Of a DNA stretch of 17,842 nt, positions 1 through 9,288 are shown piece by piece. The position numbers and the translations under genes were made by a program. Under the pieces are notes generated by a model. It searched no databases. It was given only the letters and a program-made list of their open reading frames with translations, and was not told the DNA's origin. Origin of the DNA: a virus (taxonomy: Duplodnaviria; Heunggongvirae; Uroviricota; Caudoviricetes); the IMG/VR virus record IMGVR_UViG_2703718801_000005, positions 1 through 17,842 of that record; one strand, 5' to 3'. Every line of letters starts with the position of its first letter. Position 1 is the stretch's first letter.

Positions 1-59
1 CTTTAAAGTTGTTGCTCACCACTTGAAAGCGTGAGCTTAACTCATTCTAATTCAATTGC

Positions 60-1223
60 TTATGCTTTCTTTGCATCCTCAAAAACCTCAGGGTGGGACA
101 AATTTGGGACATCGTCACTCAATATGTCGTCAATTTTCCTCGCGTGCTCTGTCAAATGATTAGGTGCAAGGTGTGCGTACCTACGCACCATTTCGATAGA
201 CTCCCAGCCGCCCATTTCCTGAAGTACTGACAGCGGTACACCTGACTGAATTAACCAACTGGCCCAAGTGTGGCGGAGGTCATGAAAACGGAAATTTTCA
301 ATTCCTGCCCGACGACATGCTGTTAACCACGATGTGTTATAGTCCAGGCGCATCTTTCTGATGCTTGGTGTCATTGTCCCGTCAGGCCTTCTGGCAGCAG
401 TGGTATAAACAAACACCCAGCGGTGATGTTTGCCTATTTGATCACGCAACACCTTGCAGGCAGTGTCATTCAGTGCGACCCCAATAGCGCGGTTTGACTT
501 ACTGTCTTCAGGGTTTACCCAAGCAACACGTCGCTGCATATCGATTTGTTGCCACTCCAGATTAATAATGTTTGATCTCCTCAGGCCAGTTGCCAGTGCA
601 AATTTAACTACAGATTTCAGGGGATCAGAACATGCATCAATGAGTCTCCTGGCTTCTTCTTTTTCCAGCCATCTCACGCGTTTGTTTTTTACGGCAGGTA
701 TTTTGATTACAGGTGCTTTTTCAAGCCATTTCCAGTCTCGCTCTGCGGCGCGCAGAATAGCCTTGATCATTGCCAGGTGTGTTGCTTTTGTTTGCGTGCT
801 CACCGATTTAGGTATATAGGCTGGTGGTTCTTTCCCTTTTCTTAATGCAGCCTCCACCTGCAACTTCCATCTCTCCTTTGTTTTTCGGTTATACGCTTTG
901 CTGATAACTGAGTAGATCATTGCCTCCGATATATCCTTAATCCTTATTCCCTCGAAATGCTCAATCCAGAATGCGATTCTGGATTTATCGGAATCGATGG
1001 ATTTCTTGTCGGCTTTTTCCTCAAGCCATCTCAGGCAGGCTTCTTCGAAAGTGACATCTGGCATATCCCCCAGTCTGTCTACTCGCCAGAGTTCTGCTTT
1101 TCGCTTGTCGTGCAACTCCTGAGCTTGCCGCTTGTCCTTTGTGCCAAGAGACTCCTTAATTCGCTTCCCGCCCGGGAGCGAGTACGAGGCGTACCATATT
1201 TCACCTCTGCGGAAGAGTGACAT
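60..1223 (-). CDS. int: Phage tyrosine integrase (Rac IntR-like)
   Basis: 387-aa ORF with ATG start at 1221-1223. C-terminal catalytic region carries the tyrosine-recombinase motifs ([25 protein letters not shown]). The N-terminus [13 protein letters not shown] matches my recollection of the Rac prophage integrase family. Sits at the prophage end next to an excisionase-like gene. Confidence 0.9.
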   Translation of the reverse strand: MSLFRRGEIWYASYSLPGGKRIKESLGTKDKRQAQELHDKRKAELWRVDRLGDMPDVTFEEACLRWLEEKADKKSIDSDKSRIAFWIEHFEGIRIKDISEAMIYSVISKAYNRKTKERWKLQVEAALRKGKEPPAYIPKSVSTQTKATHLAMIKAILRAAERDWKWLEKAPVIKIPAVKNKRVRWLEKEEARRLIDACSDPLKSVVKFALATGLRRSNIINLEWQQIDMQRRVAWVNPEDSKSNRAIGVALNDTACKVLRDQIGKHHRWVFVYTTAARRPDGTMTPSIRKMRLDYNTSWLTACRRAGIENFRFHDLRHTWASWLIQSGVPLSVLQEMGGWESIEMVRRYAHLAPNHLTEHARKIDDILSDDVPNLSHPEVFEDAKKA

Positions 1224-1450
1224 TTTCTTTCCTCTGTTATGCCATCACCCGCGCTCACCTGGACAGTATGCAGCGGTGAATGAAGTGCTGCAATGCAGGC
1301 TTGCCGGGTTGTGAGATAAGGTGATCTTTTACCGGAAGAATTTTTTCGTGTTGCCTGTAGTCGGCCCGTTCGTATCCAGTTAACAGCTGTTGGCCTTGAT
1401 ATCTTGAGAAACTGACAGGCCTCTTTGAGGGTGATACTGTGTGAATCCAT
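1079..1450 (-). CDS. xis: Excisionase-like HTH protein (start uncertain; overlaps int by ~145 nt)
   Basis: The only ATG in this frame is at 1448-1450. The segment [26 protein letters not shown] looks like an Xis/AlpA-type helix-turn-helix. It lies directly upstream of int, the usual position. No obvious Shine-Dalgarno, and 123 aa is long for an Xis. Confidence 0.45.
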   Translation of the reverse strand: MDSHSITLKEACQFLKISRPTAVNWIRTGRLQATRKNSSGKRSPYLTTRQACIAALHSPLHTVQVSAGDGITEERKCHSSAEVKYGTPRTRSRAGSELRSLLAQRTSGKLRSCTTSEKQNSGE

Positions 1451-1462
1451 ATTTTTGCCATT

Positions 1463-1483
1463 AAAAACCGCCCGAAGGCGGTT
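1463..1483 (-). terminator. Possible intrinsic terminator/attenuator hairpin upstream of xis
   Basis: Perfect 7-bp stem aaccgcc/ggcggtt (1466-1472 / 1477-1483) with a cgaa loop. The adjacent A-run 1463-1467 gives a short U-tract on the minus-strand transcript. Confidence 0.3.
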
Positions 1484-1484
1484 G

Positions 1485-1745
1485 TCAGTTGATTGATGTA
1501 CGTCGCATTTTTCGAAGGCTGGCAATATGCATTTCCTTCTCAATTTCCGCTTTAATCATGTGTAGTTCGTTGTGGTCGACTCGCTCAAATTCTTCATTAA
1601 ATGCACCAATTGAAGTGGCTCGGGTTCTGCCGTCGAGTCTTCGGTAGATCACCTGAGTAAGAGTTACCTTGCAGATTTCCACCGGATAGTTGTTGGCATC
1701 GACGAAAGATTGCCCGCGCTGGATCAGGACGAACACCGGTAGCAT
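1485..1745 (-). CDS. Hypothetical early-left accessory protein
   Basis: 86-aa ORF with ATG at 1743-1745, between exo and xis on the same strand as the early-left operon. No recognisable motif. Confidence 0.4.
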   Translation of the reverse strand: MLPVFVLIQRGQSFVDANNYPVEICKVTLTQVIYRRLDGRTRATSIGAFNEEFERVDHNELHMIKAEIEKEMHIASLRKMRRTSIN

Positions 1746-1783
1746 TCCTTAACTGTCATATCATTTGCACCTCGTTGCTACGG

Positions 1784-2464
1784 CTATCGCCATTGCTCCC
1801 CAAATACAAAACTAATTTCAGCCAGTGCTTCGTCCATTTTTTCGATGAACTCCGGCACCATCTCGTCAAAACCAGCCATGTATTTTTCATCCCGCTCGAC
1901 CACGACATAATGCAGGCCTTCACGCTTCATGCGCGGGTCATAGTTGGCGAAGTACCAGGCATCTTTTCGAGTCACCCACATGCTGAATTGCACCTGGGCC
2001 ATGTAAGCTGATTTTATGGCCTCGAAACCACCGAGCCGGAATTTCATGAAATCCCGGGAGGTAAACGGACATTTCAGCTCAAGGCCGTTGCCGTCACTGC
2101 ATAATCCATCCGGAGAGCAGGCGGTACGCATACTTTCGTCGCGATAGATGATCGGGGATTCAGTAATATTCACGCCGGAAGTAAACTCAAACAGGGCTCT
2201 GGCGTCGTTCTCGTACTGTTTTCCCCATGCCAGGGCTTTGGCGTTAACTTCCGGGGCCACACCCGTGCAGACCTCAGCCAGCAGGGTGTGGAAGTAGGAC
2301 ATTTTCATGTCAGGCCATTTCTTTCCGGAGCGGGGTTTGGCTATCACGTTGTGAACTTCTGAAGCTGTGATGACCCCGAGCCGTAATTTTTGCCATGCAT
2401 AATCTCCCTGCTCGACACCTCTCACGTCGATCCCGGTACGTTGTAGGATAATTTCTGGTGTCAT
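1784..2464 (-). CDS. exo: Lambda-type exonuclease (Red alpha)
   Basis: 226-aa ORF, near-identical by recall to lambda Exo ([15 protein letters not shown]...GEQWR), same length. Its start overlaps the bet stop (ATGA). Shine-Dalgarno GAAGGTGG upstream. Confidence 0.95.
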   Translation of the reverse strand: MTPEIILQRTGIDVRGVEQGDYAWQKLRLGVITASEVHNVIAKPRSGKKWPDMKMSYFHTLLAEVCTGVAPEVNAKALAWGKQYENDARALFEFTSGVNITESPIIYRDESMRTACSPDGLCSDGNGLELKCPFTSRDFMKFRLGGFEAIKSAYMAQVQFSMWVTRKDAWYFANYDPRMKREGLHYVVVERDEKYMAGFDEMVPEFIEKMDEALAEISFVFGEQWR

Positions 2465-3246
2465 GCTGCCACCTTCTGCTCCGTGGCTTTCTGTTTCAGG
2501 AATCCAAGAACCTTCTCTGCTTCGGCCTGGGACAGTTCTGACGACGCCCGAATGTAGCGGCGAAATATCTGGGAACAGAGCGGCAAGAGGTCGTCATCCC
2601 ACGTTTTTTCCATGGAAGTAAGAAGGGCGTTAATTTCCGACATGGTCTCTTCGTTAACCGGGGTGATGTCGCGTTCCGGCTGACGTTCTGTAGTATATGC
2701 GGTATTTTCGACAATGCGTTCGGCTTCATCCTTGTCATAGATACCAGCAAATCCGAAGGCCAGACGGGCACACTGAATCATCGCTTTATGCCGTAACATC
2801 CGTTTGGGATGCGACTGCCACGGCCCCGTGATTTCTCTGCCTTCGCGGGTTTTGAATGGTGCGCGGCGACATTCATCCATCCACTCGGTAACGCAGATCG
2901 GGTGATTACGGTCTTTGCGGTAAATCCGACATGTACAGGATTCATCGTTCTGCTCAAAGTCCATGCCATCAAACTGCTGGTTTTCGTTGATAATGCGGGA
3001 CCAGCCATCAACGCCCACCACCGGAACGATGCCGTTCTGCTTATCAGGGAAGGCGTAAATTTCTTTCGTCCATGGATTAAGGCCGTACTGGTTGGCAACG
3101 ATCAGCAATGCGATGAACTGCGCATCGCTGGCATCACCTTTAAATGCAGTCTGGCGAAGAGTGGTGATCAGTTCCTGTGGGTCGACAGAATCCATGCCGA
3201 CACGTTCAGCCAGCTTCCCTGCCAGCGTTGCGAGAGCTGTACTCAT
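2461..3246 (-). CDS. bet: Recombination protein Bet (Red beta, single-strand annealing protein)
   Basis: 261-aa ORF starting [66 protein letters not shown], which matches lambda Bet by recall. Sits between gam and exo as in lambda. Confidence 0.95.
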   Translation of the reverse strand: MSTALATLAGKLAERVGMDSVDPQELITTLRQTAFKGDASDAQFIALLIVANQYGLNPWTKEIYAFPDKQNGIVPVVGVDGWSRIINENQQFDGMDFEQNDESCTCRIYRKDRNHPICVTEWMDECRRAPFKTREGREITGPWQSHPKRMLRHKAMIQCARLAFGFAGIYDKDEAERIVENTAYTTERQPERDITPVNEETMSEINALLTSMEKTWDDDLLPLCSQIFRRYIRASSELSQAEAEKVLGFLKQKATEQKVAA

Positions 3247-3251
3247 CTGGT

Positions 3252-3548
3252 TTATACCTCTGAATCAATATAAATCTGGTGGCGGGCAATGGTTTCAACC
3301 ATGTACCGGATGTGTTCTGCCATGCGTTCCTGAAAATCGACATCGTCATCAAATGCACGGGCAATGGCTTTTTTGCTGGCTCCATGACGTTGCAGATTAT
3401 CGATGCACAGCGATTCAAACAGGTGCTGGGGCAGACCTTTTTCCAGGTCGTCCGCCAGTTCAGTCTCATTTTCTTCACGGGTAATTTGCCGGTAGTGTCG
3501 TGCCCATGACTGCTCTTCAATGCGATCGGGGATAAGCCAGGCATTCAT
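3252..3548 (-). CDS. gam: Gam-like RecBCD inhibitor (short, GamS-like form)
   Basis: 98-aa ORF (EEQSWARHY...[21 protein letters not shown]...[17 protein letters not shown]) that corresponds to the C-terminal ~100 aa of lambda Gam. Directly upstream of bet. Confidence 0.85.
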   Translation of the reverse strand: MNAWLIPDRIEEQSWARHYRQITREENETELADDLEKGLPQHLFESLCIDNLQRHGASKKAIARAFDDDVDFQERMAEHIRYMVETIARHQIYIDSEV

Positions 3549-5593
3549 GATTTATCACCTCCAAAATTTTCAAGCCTGTTGGCAATCATGATTGCGATAT
3601 CAGGGATTGCTGGCGCTGTTGCGACGCATGCAGGGTTTGCGCACAAACCATAGACGGCTGCAAGCACGAGTTGCCTTTTCCAGTCGAAATCTGCTTGCTC
3701 TGAATCATCATTATTGTCAGAAGCATCACTATCTGGATCGATGTGAACAACCGAATCGTGTTCCTGAGTTGTATCAACAGCATTTTTCTGAATGTATTCA
3801 TTCTTCATTTGTGCCTGGTCATCTCCAGCAGCGGTCTCATTTTCTCCAAAAGTTTCAGCGTAAGTTTCATCTCCCATTACTGGACCACAGTCAGGGCAAT
3901 GCCCGCCACTGTTCTGACCGCATGCGGTGCAAACCTTTTCCACTTCCTGTTGCATTACTGGCCCAGGCTGTTGCTCTTCTGGTCCGTTTTGTTGCGTATC
4001 CGGGCTGTTTTGTTCCACTTTGGATTGATTCTGGTCCTCAGTGTCGCGAGTCTGGATCCCCTTCACCCACTTCGGGTCGGTTGGGTCGCTGATGCCTTCA
4101 ACGAACTCCCCACGAGAGGCAGCCAGCAATTTGTCTGCATCGACAGGATTTTTGGGCAAAATGTTTTTCCTGGCTTCATAGAGTTCTGCTCTCAGTTCCT
4201 GGTATTTCGTTTCTACAGATGAGACATTTTCCAGTGATTGCGTGTCCGCATTATGTTTAACTGGAATTTCTTCCACTGATTCAGGCGCTGCCTGTTCATT
4301 AGACATTGCGTCCGATGTTTGCTGCTTTTCTTCATCGTCATGTATCTCTTCTGCTGTTCCGCGCTGCGGCATCGGGGCTGATGAGCGACCGCAGGCAATT
4401 TCCACGATTTCCGGATCCGGGTTAGAGTGATCGGTTTCGGTCAACACTTTGTTGAGATATTCAGTCACGCGCGCCGGGATAGCCTCAATGCCAATTGGTG
4501 CTTCTTTCACTGAAGCCACCACAATGGCGCGGGAATAATCCAGCCCACCGGGCATGGCGATGAATTTGTCACGGAAAACAGAAAAGGGCGGTTTATTCTC
4601 TGCAACGATTTCTTCAACGCGTTTTGCATGTGCAGGGTGCAGGTTATAAATATCCACATCCATTGAACGGGCCAGAACGCCAGTGGCAATGTCTCGCGCC
4701 AGTGATGCCTGATTGTGGGTAAAGCCTTCGCCACGATCGGTAAGATTTCCGCCGCCAGCGTTAGCACCGGAAGGCGTACGAGTGATGCCTGTAACATAAT
4801 TTCCTTTCTGCCATTCTTTTGCCAGCAATCCCTGATCCACATAGTCTGTTTTCATCCAGGTGGAGATGAACTTGTCGAATTCGGCCGGGCTGATATGACG
4901 GGGTGTTGCGTGAGAGAATGCCTTTCCAACGGATTGTGCCAGTCTTCCCAGATGATAATTCGTCAGCTTATCCAGCTCTGGATGTGAACGCACAGCAGTA
5001 AGCAGGCTCTGAAGGTAACTGTCTTCTGTGTCCATCTCCATACGGATCACGTTATTTCGTTGTTCGGGTGTGGCGTGATGCCGGTATTTTCCATCTTCAT
5101 CTTTGCTGAAGAAGAAGAGGTGAAGGAAGCGATGAGTAAGGCTCAGAGTGGCGACGGGAATTTCACACTCAGAACAGTCATCGTCGCTGTCCGGGGATTC
5201 GCTTTTCTCCACATCATCCGGAATAGTTCCGTCCAGGTTATCGTAGTCATCGCCAGCTGTTGTGGCATCTTCACCGTTGATGTTGTCATCGAAGGGGATT
5301 GCCATCATGGTGATGCCATCTTCCCCGCCTTTTTCATAGCGGTTGCAGAATTCAGTATCAAACACGCCTTCCGGTGGAAGGTCATTCACGACGGGGAAAT
5401 TTACGCGAACGGGTTTTTTGAAATCATCCTCGTCGTAGCCTGCATCGTCCATGGCTGCAATGCAGCGGGAAACTGCGACAGAAAGTTTTCTGGTATCAGC
5501 CCAGAAAAAACCGCCTTTGATGCCAAGGCGTTTTCTGACTTTATCGTTTTTTGCTTCGCAGTGCAGTGCAAAAGTTTGTTTATCAGCGCTCAT
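3545..5593 (-). CDS. Large acidic multi-domain protein with Cys4 zinc ribbon; possibly related to the non-catalytic N-terminal region of RecE (exonuclease VIII)
   Basis: 682-aa uninterrupted ORF with ATG at 5591-5593. Its stop overlaps the gam start (ATGA), which suggests translational coupling. Several D/E-rich low-complexity linkers and a zinc-ribbon motif [16 protein letters not shown]. Segments such as [16 protein letters not shown] and [32 protein letters not shown] recall the RecE N-terminal region from memory only. No nuclease-type C-terminal domain seen. Confidence 0.6.
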   Translation of the reverse strand: MSADKQTFALHCEAKNDKVRKRLGIKGGFFWADTRKLSVAVSRCIAAMDDAGYDEDDFKKPVRVNFPVVNDLPPEGVFDTEFCNRYEKGGEDGITMMAIPFDDNINGEDATTAGDDYDNLDGTIPDDVEKSESPDSDDDCSECEIPVATLSLTHRFLHLFFFSKDEDGKYRHHATPEQRNNVIRMEMDTEDSYLQSLLTAVRSHPELDKLTNYHLGRLAQSVGKAFSHATPRHISPAEFDKFISTWMKTDYVDQGLLAKEWQKGNYVTGITRTPSGANAGGGNLTDRGEGFTHNQASLARDIATGVLARSMDVDIYNLHPAHAKRVEEIVAENKPPFSVFRDKFIAMPGGLDYSRAIVVASVKEAPIGIEAIPARVTEYLNKVLTETDHSNPDPEIVEIACGRSSAPMPQRGTAEEIHDDEEKQQTSDAMSNEQAAPESVEEIPVKHNADTQSLENVSSVETKYQELRAELYEARKNILPKNPVDADKLLAASRGEFVEGISDPTDPKWVKGIQTRDTEDQNQSKVEQNSPDTQQNGPEEQQPGPVMQQEVEKVCTACGQNSGGHCPDCGPVMGDETYAETFGENETAAGDDQAQMKNEYIQKNAVDTTQEHDSVVHIDPDSDASDNNDDSEQADFDWKRQLVLAAVYGLCANPACVATAPAIPDIAIMIANRLENFGGDKS

Positions 5594-5671
5594 TGTATTT
5601 AAACCTCTGGCTGGATTAGAATTAGCGGCCCTTTGTCTGATTTCTCCGAATACAGTGACGCAGGGGGGAGT

Positions 5672-5702
5672 CCGGTAGCCTGCGCTGCCGGATTTTTTAT
5701 TT
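5672..5702 (+). terminator. Plus-strand intrinsic terminator with no annotated plus-strand gene
   Basis: 8-bp stem ccggtagc/gctgccgg (one G-U pair), loop ctgc, followed by a T6 run (5693-5698). The orientation fits only a plus-strand transcript. Confidence 0.35.
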
Positions 5703-6088
5703 CAGTGTAAGGTTGCCTGGTTTGTTGTTTTGTGAGTTGTTTTTTTCTTTTCATGCTGGCAGTCAGAGCAGTTGCATTCGCCATTTTCTCTGAGAAGTTG
5801 AAGTGCCAGGGTCAGTTCCTGAATTCTTTGTGGATCAATATGACTGTCGACAATTTCAGATGCAGCATGAATATATGGGCTGGTGGTTTCGCAATATAAA
5901 CCGAAGGAAACAAAGCGACTGTCTTTATATTCGTTATTTCCAACTTCTGTAAGCACTGAAAAAGAAAATACAAAGTCGATTTTGTGTTTTTTGCATATTT
6001 TACTGATGCGTTCTGCAATTTCTTTGAGTTCATTTATTGCATCAGGACTGGTTTCGGAAAAAATTTCATTTTGCGCAAGTTCTTTCAT
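5702..6088 (-). CDS. Hypothetical protein (accessory insert, apparently AT-rich)
   Basis: 128-aa ORF in a visibly AT-rich segment. C-terminal CNCSDCQHEKKK cysteine cluster and basic tail. No family recognised. Confidence 0.45.
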   Translation of the reverse strand: MKELAQNEIFSETSPDAINELKEIAERISKICKKHKIDFVFSFSVLTEVGNNEYKDSRFVSFGLYCETTSPYIHAASEIVDSHIDPQRIQELTLALQLLRENGECNCSDCQHEKKKTTHKTTNQATLH

Positions 6089-6178
6089 TTTGATTTTCCC
6101 GTGATTGATAATTAATGTGGTTTTTATTTCGGTTTGTCTGTTACAGATATGGAAGGTGTATTTTATTACTCGTCACAA

Positions 6179-6394
6179 CTACTCTGCTTTTACAGGTAAG
6201 CCATCGCGCCCGATGAAAACTTTAATCATGCAGTCGGTAATGCATGTTTTTGTAGTCAGGCTATGAATATAGAGTTTTCTCTTTTCAATATTGTTTGCTG
6301 AAGCGATATATGTGCGGCCTTCATGAAGAACATAATCGCCAGGTGTCACGCACTGACGTGGTATTTCATCAGTTCCGAAGTGATGAGCAATCAT
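6179..6394 (-). CDS. Small protein, possibly Kil-like cell-division inhibitor (KilR-like by size and position)
   Basis: 71-77-aa ORF. ATG at 6392-6394 has a GGAG Shine-Dalgarno 6 nt upstream; alternative ATG at 6406. Size and position between the recE-like gene and the immunity region match KilR in Rac. Sequence identity was not verified. Confidence 0.4.
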   Translation of the reverse strand: MIAHHFGTDEIPRQCVTPGDYVLHEGRTYIASANNIEKRKLYIHSLTTKTCITDCMIKVFIGRDGLPVKAE

Positions 6395-6571
6395 AATTAT
6401 CTCCATTTTCACAAATGAACTTTGTTGATGCGGTGCCTGGTGCCTCCAGGTGACGTTAACCAGTTAACAATTAACGCCGGAGCAGGGGATGATGATTTTC
6501 CGTGACATCCTGTCGGTTTAACTGTTCCGCGTGTGCATAGCCGCATTCACCGCATCATAAAATTCACTTTT

Positions 6572-6612
6572 AAAAAGGGCGGACATCAGCAATCGGCAAA
6601 CCGATGTCCGCC
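6572..6612 (-). terminator. Intrinsic terminator in the early-left operon (tL-like)
   Basis: Perfect 10-bp stem ggcggacatc/gatgtccgcc (6578-6587 / 6603-6612) with a 15-nt loop. On the minus-strand transcript it is followed by a U5 tract from the plus-strand A-run 6572-6576. Lies downstream of the 6726-7082 gene. Confidence 0.55.
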
Positions 6613-6725
6613 AAAGAGGATATTGATACATGGATGTTGCAGCGGGGTTGTCACTCAGGCGTCTGGGGCGATTTCCATTATTTACGATGCACTTGAAACA
6701 TTCCTTGATCGAAAACTTTCATCTG

Positions 6726-7082
6726 TCACCGACGGAACATCGAGTAAGCAATAACATTTAACACACACTCTAAATAACAAGGGGTGGGCTTGATACCGTT
6801 CTTTTCAAGCTCACTCGTAATCACCTCCAGAAGTCGTGCGCCCATGAGAATTGTCTTGTGGGATGAAGCTATTACGCCGTCGCTGATATTGCTGTTTATT
6901 TCTATTGCTTCATTTTCACCATTCGCGCTAACTTCGGATATGTTATTTTCACTCTCCTGTTTCAGCGCTTTTTCTGCCATCCGGATGCGTTCCTGCGTTG
7001 CGGAGTTTGGGCTAAGTCGATAAACCTGTCTGGCATCTTCCAGAAGCAGGGCGATAATGTGCTTCAGTTCTGTTTCGTTCAT
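6726..7082 (-). CDS. Hypothetical protein (second gene downstream of N)
   Basis: ORF with ATG at 7080-7082 and a GGAG Shine-Dalgarno 8 nt upstream (the track's longer form starts at a TTG at 7103). Serine/acidic-rich middle segment. No family recognised. Confidence 0.5.
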   Translation of the reverse strand: MNETELKHIIALLLEDARQVYRLSPNSATQERIRMAEKALKQESENNISEVSANGENEAIEINSNISDGVIASSHKTILMGARLLEVITSELEKNGIKPTPCYLECVLNVIAYSMFRR

Positions 7083-7113
7083 AGTTAACTCCGGTAGTTG
7101 CAATTTATTAATA

Positions 7114-7827
7114 TCAGGCGGTCAGCTCTTTAAGCTTCTGAACTGCTTTATTCATTTCATCCATACAGTCGATGAATTCGTCCAGTTTAAGCTGCATTTT
7201 TCCGGCGGCCTGAAGAATTTCAAGTTTTAAGGGCGCAAGTTTTTTGTTGAATACATCATCTTCCTGGCGTTTTTTCTCCGCAATTTCGGCGGCTTTCAGC
7301 AATTCTTCCGCCTGCTTTCTGAGTATTTCTGGTGAAGGTGAAACTGCTTTTAGGTTATTCATTTCAGGTTCCTGTTGTTGCAGAATTAATTTGTTGCATT
7401 CTCTGCGTGAGCGTTTCATCGCAGATTCGCACTTCTTGCAATAAATGGCTCTCCCGTCACGTTTGCTGGCATCTGAATAAAAATCATCGACTGATTTTGT
7501 CTGCCCGCATCTGGTACATAATTTTGATTGAAGGTCCTTAATGATTGTGACGTTTCCTTCCCGCTTGGGATATCCATATTTTTTGTGGCGGAAAAAGGTT
7601 ACTCCGTTACCAGAACTTTCTTTTCTGACCTTAAATACAATGATGCTTTCCCGTTTATCGATAAAATCTATGAGCTGGTTTCTCTCCTTTCCTGACAGTT
7701 CGGCAAATGTCTTAACTTTTTTAGTAACTTCCGTAAGGCGAACGCCGTCAGGCATTTTTTCAACGAAGTTTTTAATCTCTGCAAGCGGACGCCATAATTT
7801 TTGCGGCAAAACTGAAGGCGTGGTCAT
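7114..7827 (-). CDS. Hypothetical zinc-ribbon / coiled-coil protein (first gene downstream of N)
   Basis: 237-aa ORF. ATG at 7825-7827 sits right after the N stop with a GAGGTG Shine-Dalgarno. Contains CTRCGQ...CKKCE (a CxxC...CxxC zinc ribbon) and a K/E-rich, predicted coiled-coil C-terminus. Confidence 0.55.
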   Translation of the reverse strand: MTTPSVLPQKLWRPLAEIKNFVEKMPDGVRLTEVTKKVKTFAELSGKERNQLIDFIDKRESIIVFKVRKESSGNGVTFFRHKKYGYPKREGNVTIIKDLQSKLCTRCGQTKSVDDFYSDASKRDGRAIYCKKCESAMKRSRRECNKLILQQQEPEMNNLKAVSPSPEILRKQAEELLKAAEIAEKKRQEDDVFNKKLAPLKLEILQAAGKMQLKLDEFIDCMDEMNKAVQKLKELTA

Positions 7828-7830
7828 CAA

Positions 7831-8103
7831 TCACCTCGCTGTTATTGTTCCGGATTTGCGATAGCCAGCTGCATAAAGTGCAGTGTTTGGAAGACAAGTA
7901 GAGCCTTCATATTTTCTGGTTAATGTCGTTATCGTGACTACTTCAGCTCGCATTGCGGCTTTGCGTTTACACTGTAAGTACACCCGTGAAGGTGTGGGGC
8001 GGTGCAGTTTATCAGCGCTTGATGCCTCCAGACTCTGAAGCTCAGCCCGGTGTGCTCTGCGGCGGGAAGCTGCGGTGCCTTTAAATTCTGTTTTTCTGGA
8101 CAT
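7831..8103 (-). CDS. N: N-like transcription antiterminator
   Basis: 90-aa ORF from ATG 8101-8103 with GGGAGA Shine-Dalgarno. N-terminal arginine-rich motif ASRRRAHRAELQ resembles the lambda N RNA-binding motif (RRRERRAEKQ). First gene of the leftward operon, downstream of the pL/nutL candidates. Confidence 0.6.
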   Translation of the reverse strand: MSRKTEFKGTAASRRRAHRAELQSLEASSADKLHRPTPSRVYLQCKRKAAMRAEVVTITTLTRKYEGSTCLPNTALYAAGYRKSGTITAR

Positions 8104-8219
8104 AGATTTCTCCCGAATAAACTTTGGCGATGCAATCTCGAAGCCTCCCCTGAGATGATTGCTTCGGCATTGCACCCGACAGCTTATGCGGTTGGGCGAT
8201 CTGGCTTTGCAGCCACGTA

Positions 8220-8247
8220 GTCGAGTGTTCGACGTTGTTTAAAGAGC
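8220..8247 (-). promoter_or_regulatory. Candidate nutL (boxA-like plus small hairpin)
   Basis: On the minus strand, GCTCTTTAAA (plus 8238-8247) resembles the boxA consensus CGCTCTTTA. It is followed 4 nt later by a hairpin gtcga-acac-tcgac (plus 8220-8233). Lies between the pL candidate and N. Confidence 0.3.
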
Positions 8248-8293
8248 TTTCCAATTGGGACCGCGTTGTTATCGGTGACCTGTTGGTAAAATG

Positions 8294-8322
8294 ATTATTA
8301 ACCGTTGGTTAGTGTTAGTCAA
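8294..8322 (-). promoter_or_regulatory. Candidate pL promoter with embedded operator-like inverted repeat
   Basis: Minus-strand -35 TTGACT (plus 8317-8322), 17-bp spacer, -10 AATAAT (plus 8294-8299). The spacer contains the inverted repeat TAACC-N3-GGTTA (8299-8311). Confidence 0.35.
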
Positions 8323-8465
8323 TAACTCAAAGTTAAAATTATTGTAGAGGAATTCTATGTTTTTGATTTTTAGTTAATTATTATTGCTTGTTCGGTGAGC
8401 GACGGTTATCAAGTATGAAGGGGTATAGAAGCTAGGATAGATGAGTTTTGGCTAGCTGGGTTAAT

Positions 8466-8489
8466 AAAAAACCCGGCTCTGAGGCCGGG
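8466..8489 (-). terminator. Intrinsic terminator downstream of the repressor gene
   Basis: Stem cccggc/gccggg (8472-8477 / 8484-8489) with a 6-nt loop. Plus-strand A6 at 8466-8471 gives a U6 tract on the minus-strand RNA. Lies 8 nt beyond the repressor stop. Confidence 0.55.
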
Positions 8490-8497
8490 GGAGAGGG

Positions 8498-9268
8498 CTA
8501 AAGCAGAACTGAATACCAGAAAACTTTTCCGATAATCTCCACGCTTTGAGTATCTGCTTCTTCGTCAGGGTACTCTTCACTGTTATAACTGCGTATGATT
8601 AGTTTTCCACCGGGGCGTCTGTACAATAGCTTTATACGCTTCAGTTTTTCATCACCGACACCAGGCTGTGCGATGGCGTAGAGTTTGCCGTCAACAATAC
8701 GTTTGTTGTTTGTGTCTACTGCGATTGTTGTTCCATCTGGTATCACGGGTTCCATGCTATCACCAGTAGCCGGAAAACAAAGCACACCAGAACCATCACT
8801 GTTAGCTCCGACACGGCGCAAGGTTGCTTTTGAGAAGCGTAATTTAAAACCATTATGATCTTCGCAATGAACTCTTCCGTCACCGCATGCAAACTCAATG
8901 TCTTTCAGATATGGCACCTCAACTTCATCATCTCGTAGTGGTGTATTTCTGTCCCAAGTTTCAAGGGAACCCCATTCTGATTCGTTTGGAATAGAAGGTC
9001 GCTGTTTTACGGATGGCTCGTTACTGCCATACTCCAACCACTCCGGCTTCACGGAAAGCCAGTCACTAAGTGCCAAAATACTTGTTTTTTCTGGAATTGA
9101 TGCAGAATTAAGCCATTTCCAGATCCCCGGTTCAGAGATATCAATGCCTCGCAGTTTCATTGCATTCTGAATCCGCTTAGCCTGACCGCGTCCGCCCACA
9201 CCTGCATCTAATAATGCCTGTAGTAGTCTCTTTGAGAACGCTTCTTTTAGTTCATCTTTTTTAACCAT
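8498..9268 (-). CDS. CI-type prophage repressor with LexA-like S24 peptidase domain
   Basis: 256-aa ORF. C-terminal domain has the S24 autopeptidase serine motif GDSMEP and a downstream lysine (KLKRIK). Divergent from the Cro-like gene across a 72-bp operator/promoter region. Confidence 0.8.
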   Translation of the reverse strand: MVKKDELKEAFSKRLLQALLDAGVGGRGQAKRIQNAMKLRGIDISEPGIWKWLNSASIPEKTSILALSDWLSVKPEWLEYGSNEPSVKQRPSIPNESEWGSLETWDRNTPLRDDEVEVPYLKDIEFACGDGRVHCEDHNGFKLRFSKATLRRVGANSDGSGVLCFPATGDSMEPVIPDGTTIAVDTNNKRIVDGKLYAIAQPGVGDEKLKRIKLLYRRPGGKLIIRSYNSEEYPDEEADTQSVEIIGKVFWYSVLL

Positions 9269-9288
9269 ACGTTAATTATCAAACATAG

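Noticed and set aside
1..59. Prophage attachment site at the window edge
   Set aside because: Integrase ends at position 60, so an att site may lie in 1-59. With no second copy of the core and no flanking host gene in the window, it cannot be supported.
454..1314. Plus-strand ORFs 454-819, 957-1220 and 1132-1314
   Set aside because: They lie entirely antisense within the integrase and excisionase coding region. They have no ribosome-binding sites and low-complexity translations. Judged to be shadow ORFs.
1255..1461. 68-aa minus-strand ORF in an alternative frame of the xis region
   Set aside because: It is out of frame with the recognisable HTH segment, has no Shine-Dalgarno, and its start codon lies inside the hairpin.
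2496..3509. ORFs 2496-2771, 2778-3098, 2809-3273, 3092-3484, 3206-3544 and 3279-3509
   Set aside because: They overlap the confidently identified bet and gam genes in other frames or on the opposite strand. Their basic, proline/arginine-rich translations are typical of off-frame reads.
3586..5678. Multiple 60-180-aa ORFs on both strands inside the 682-aa gene
   Set aside because: All are nested in, or antisense to, one long uninterrupted ORF with a good start context. The one partial exception is 5451-5678 (+), which ends at the plus-strand terminator; it is noted in the findings as a possible antisense transcript, not a protein.
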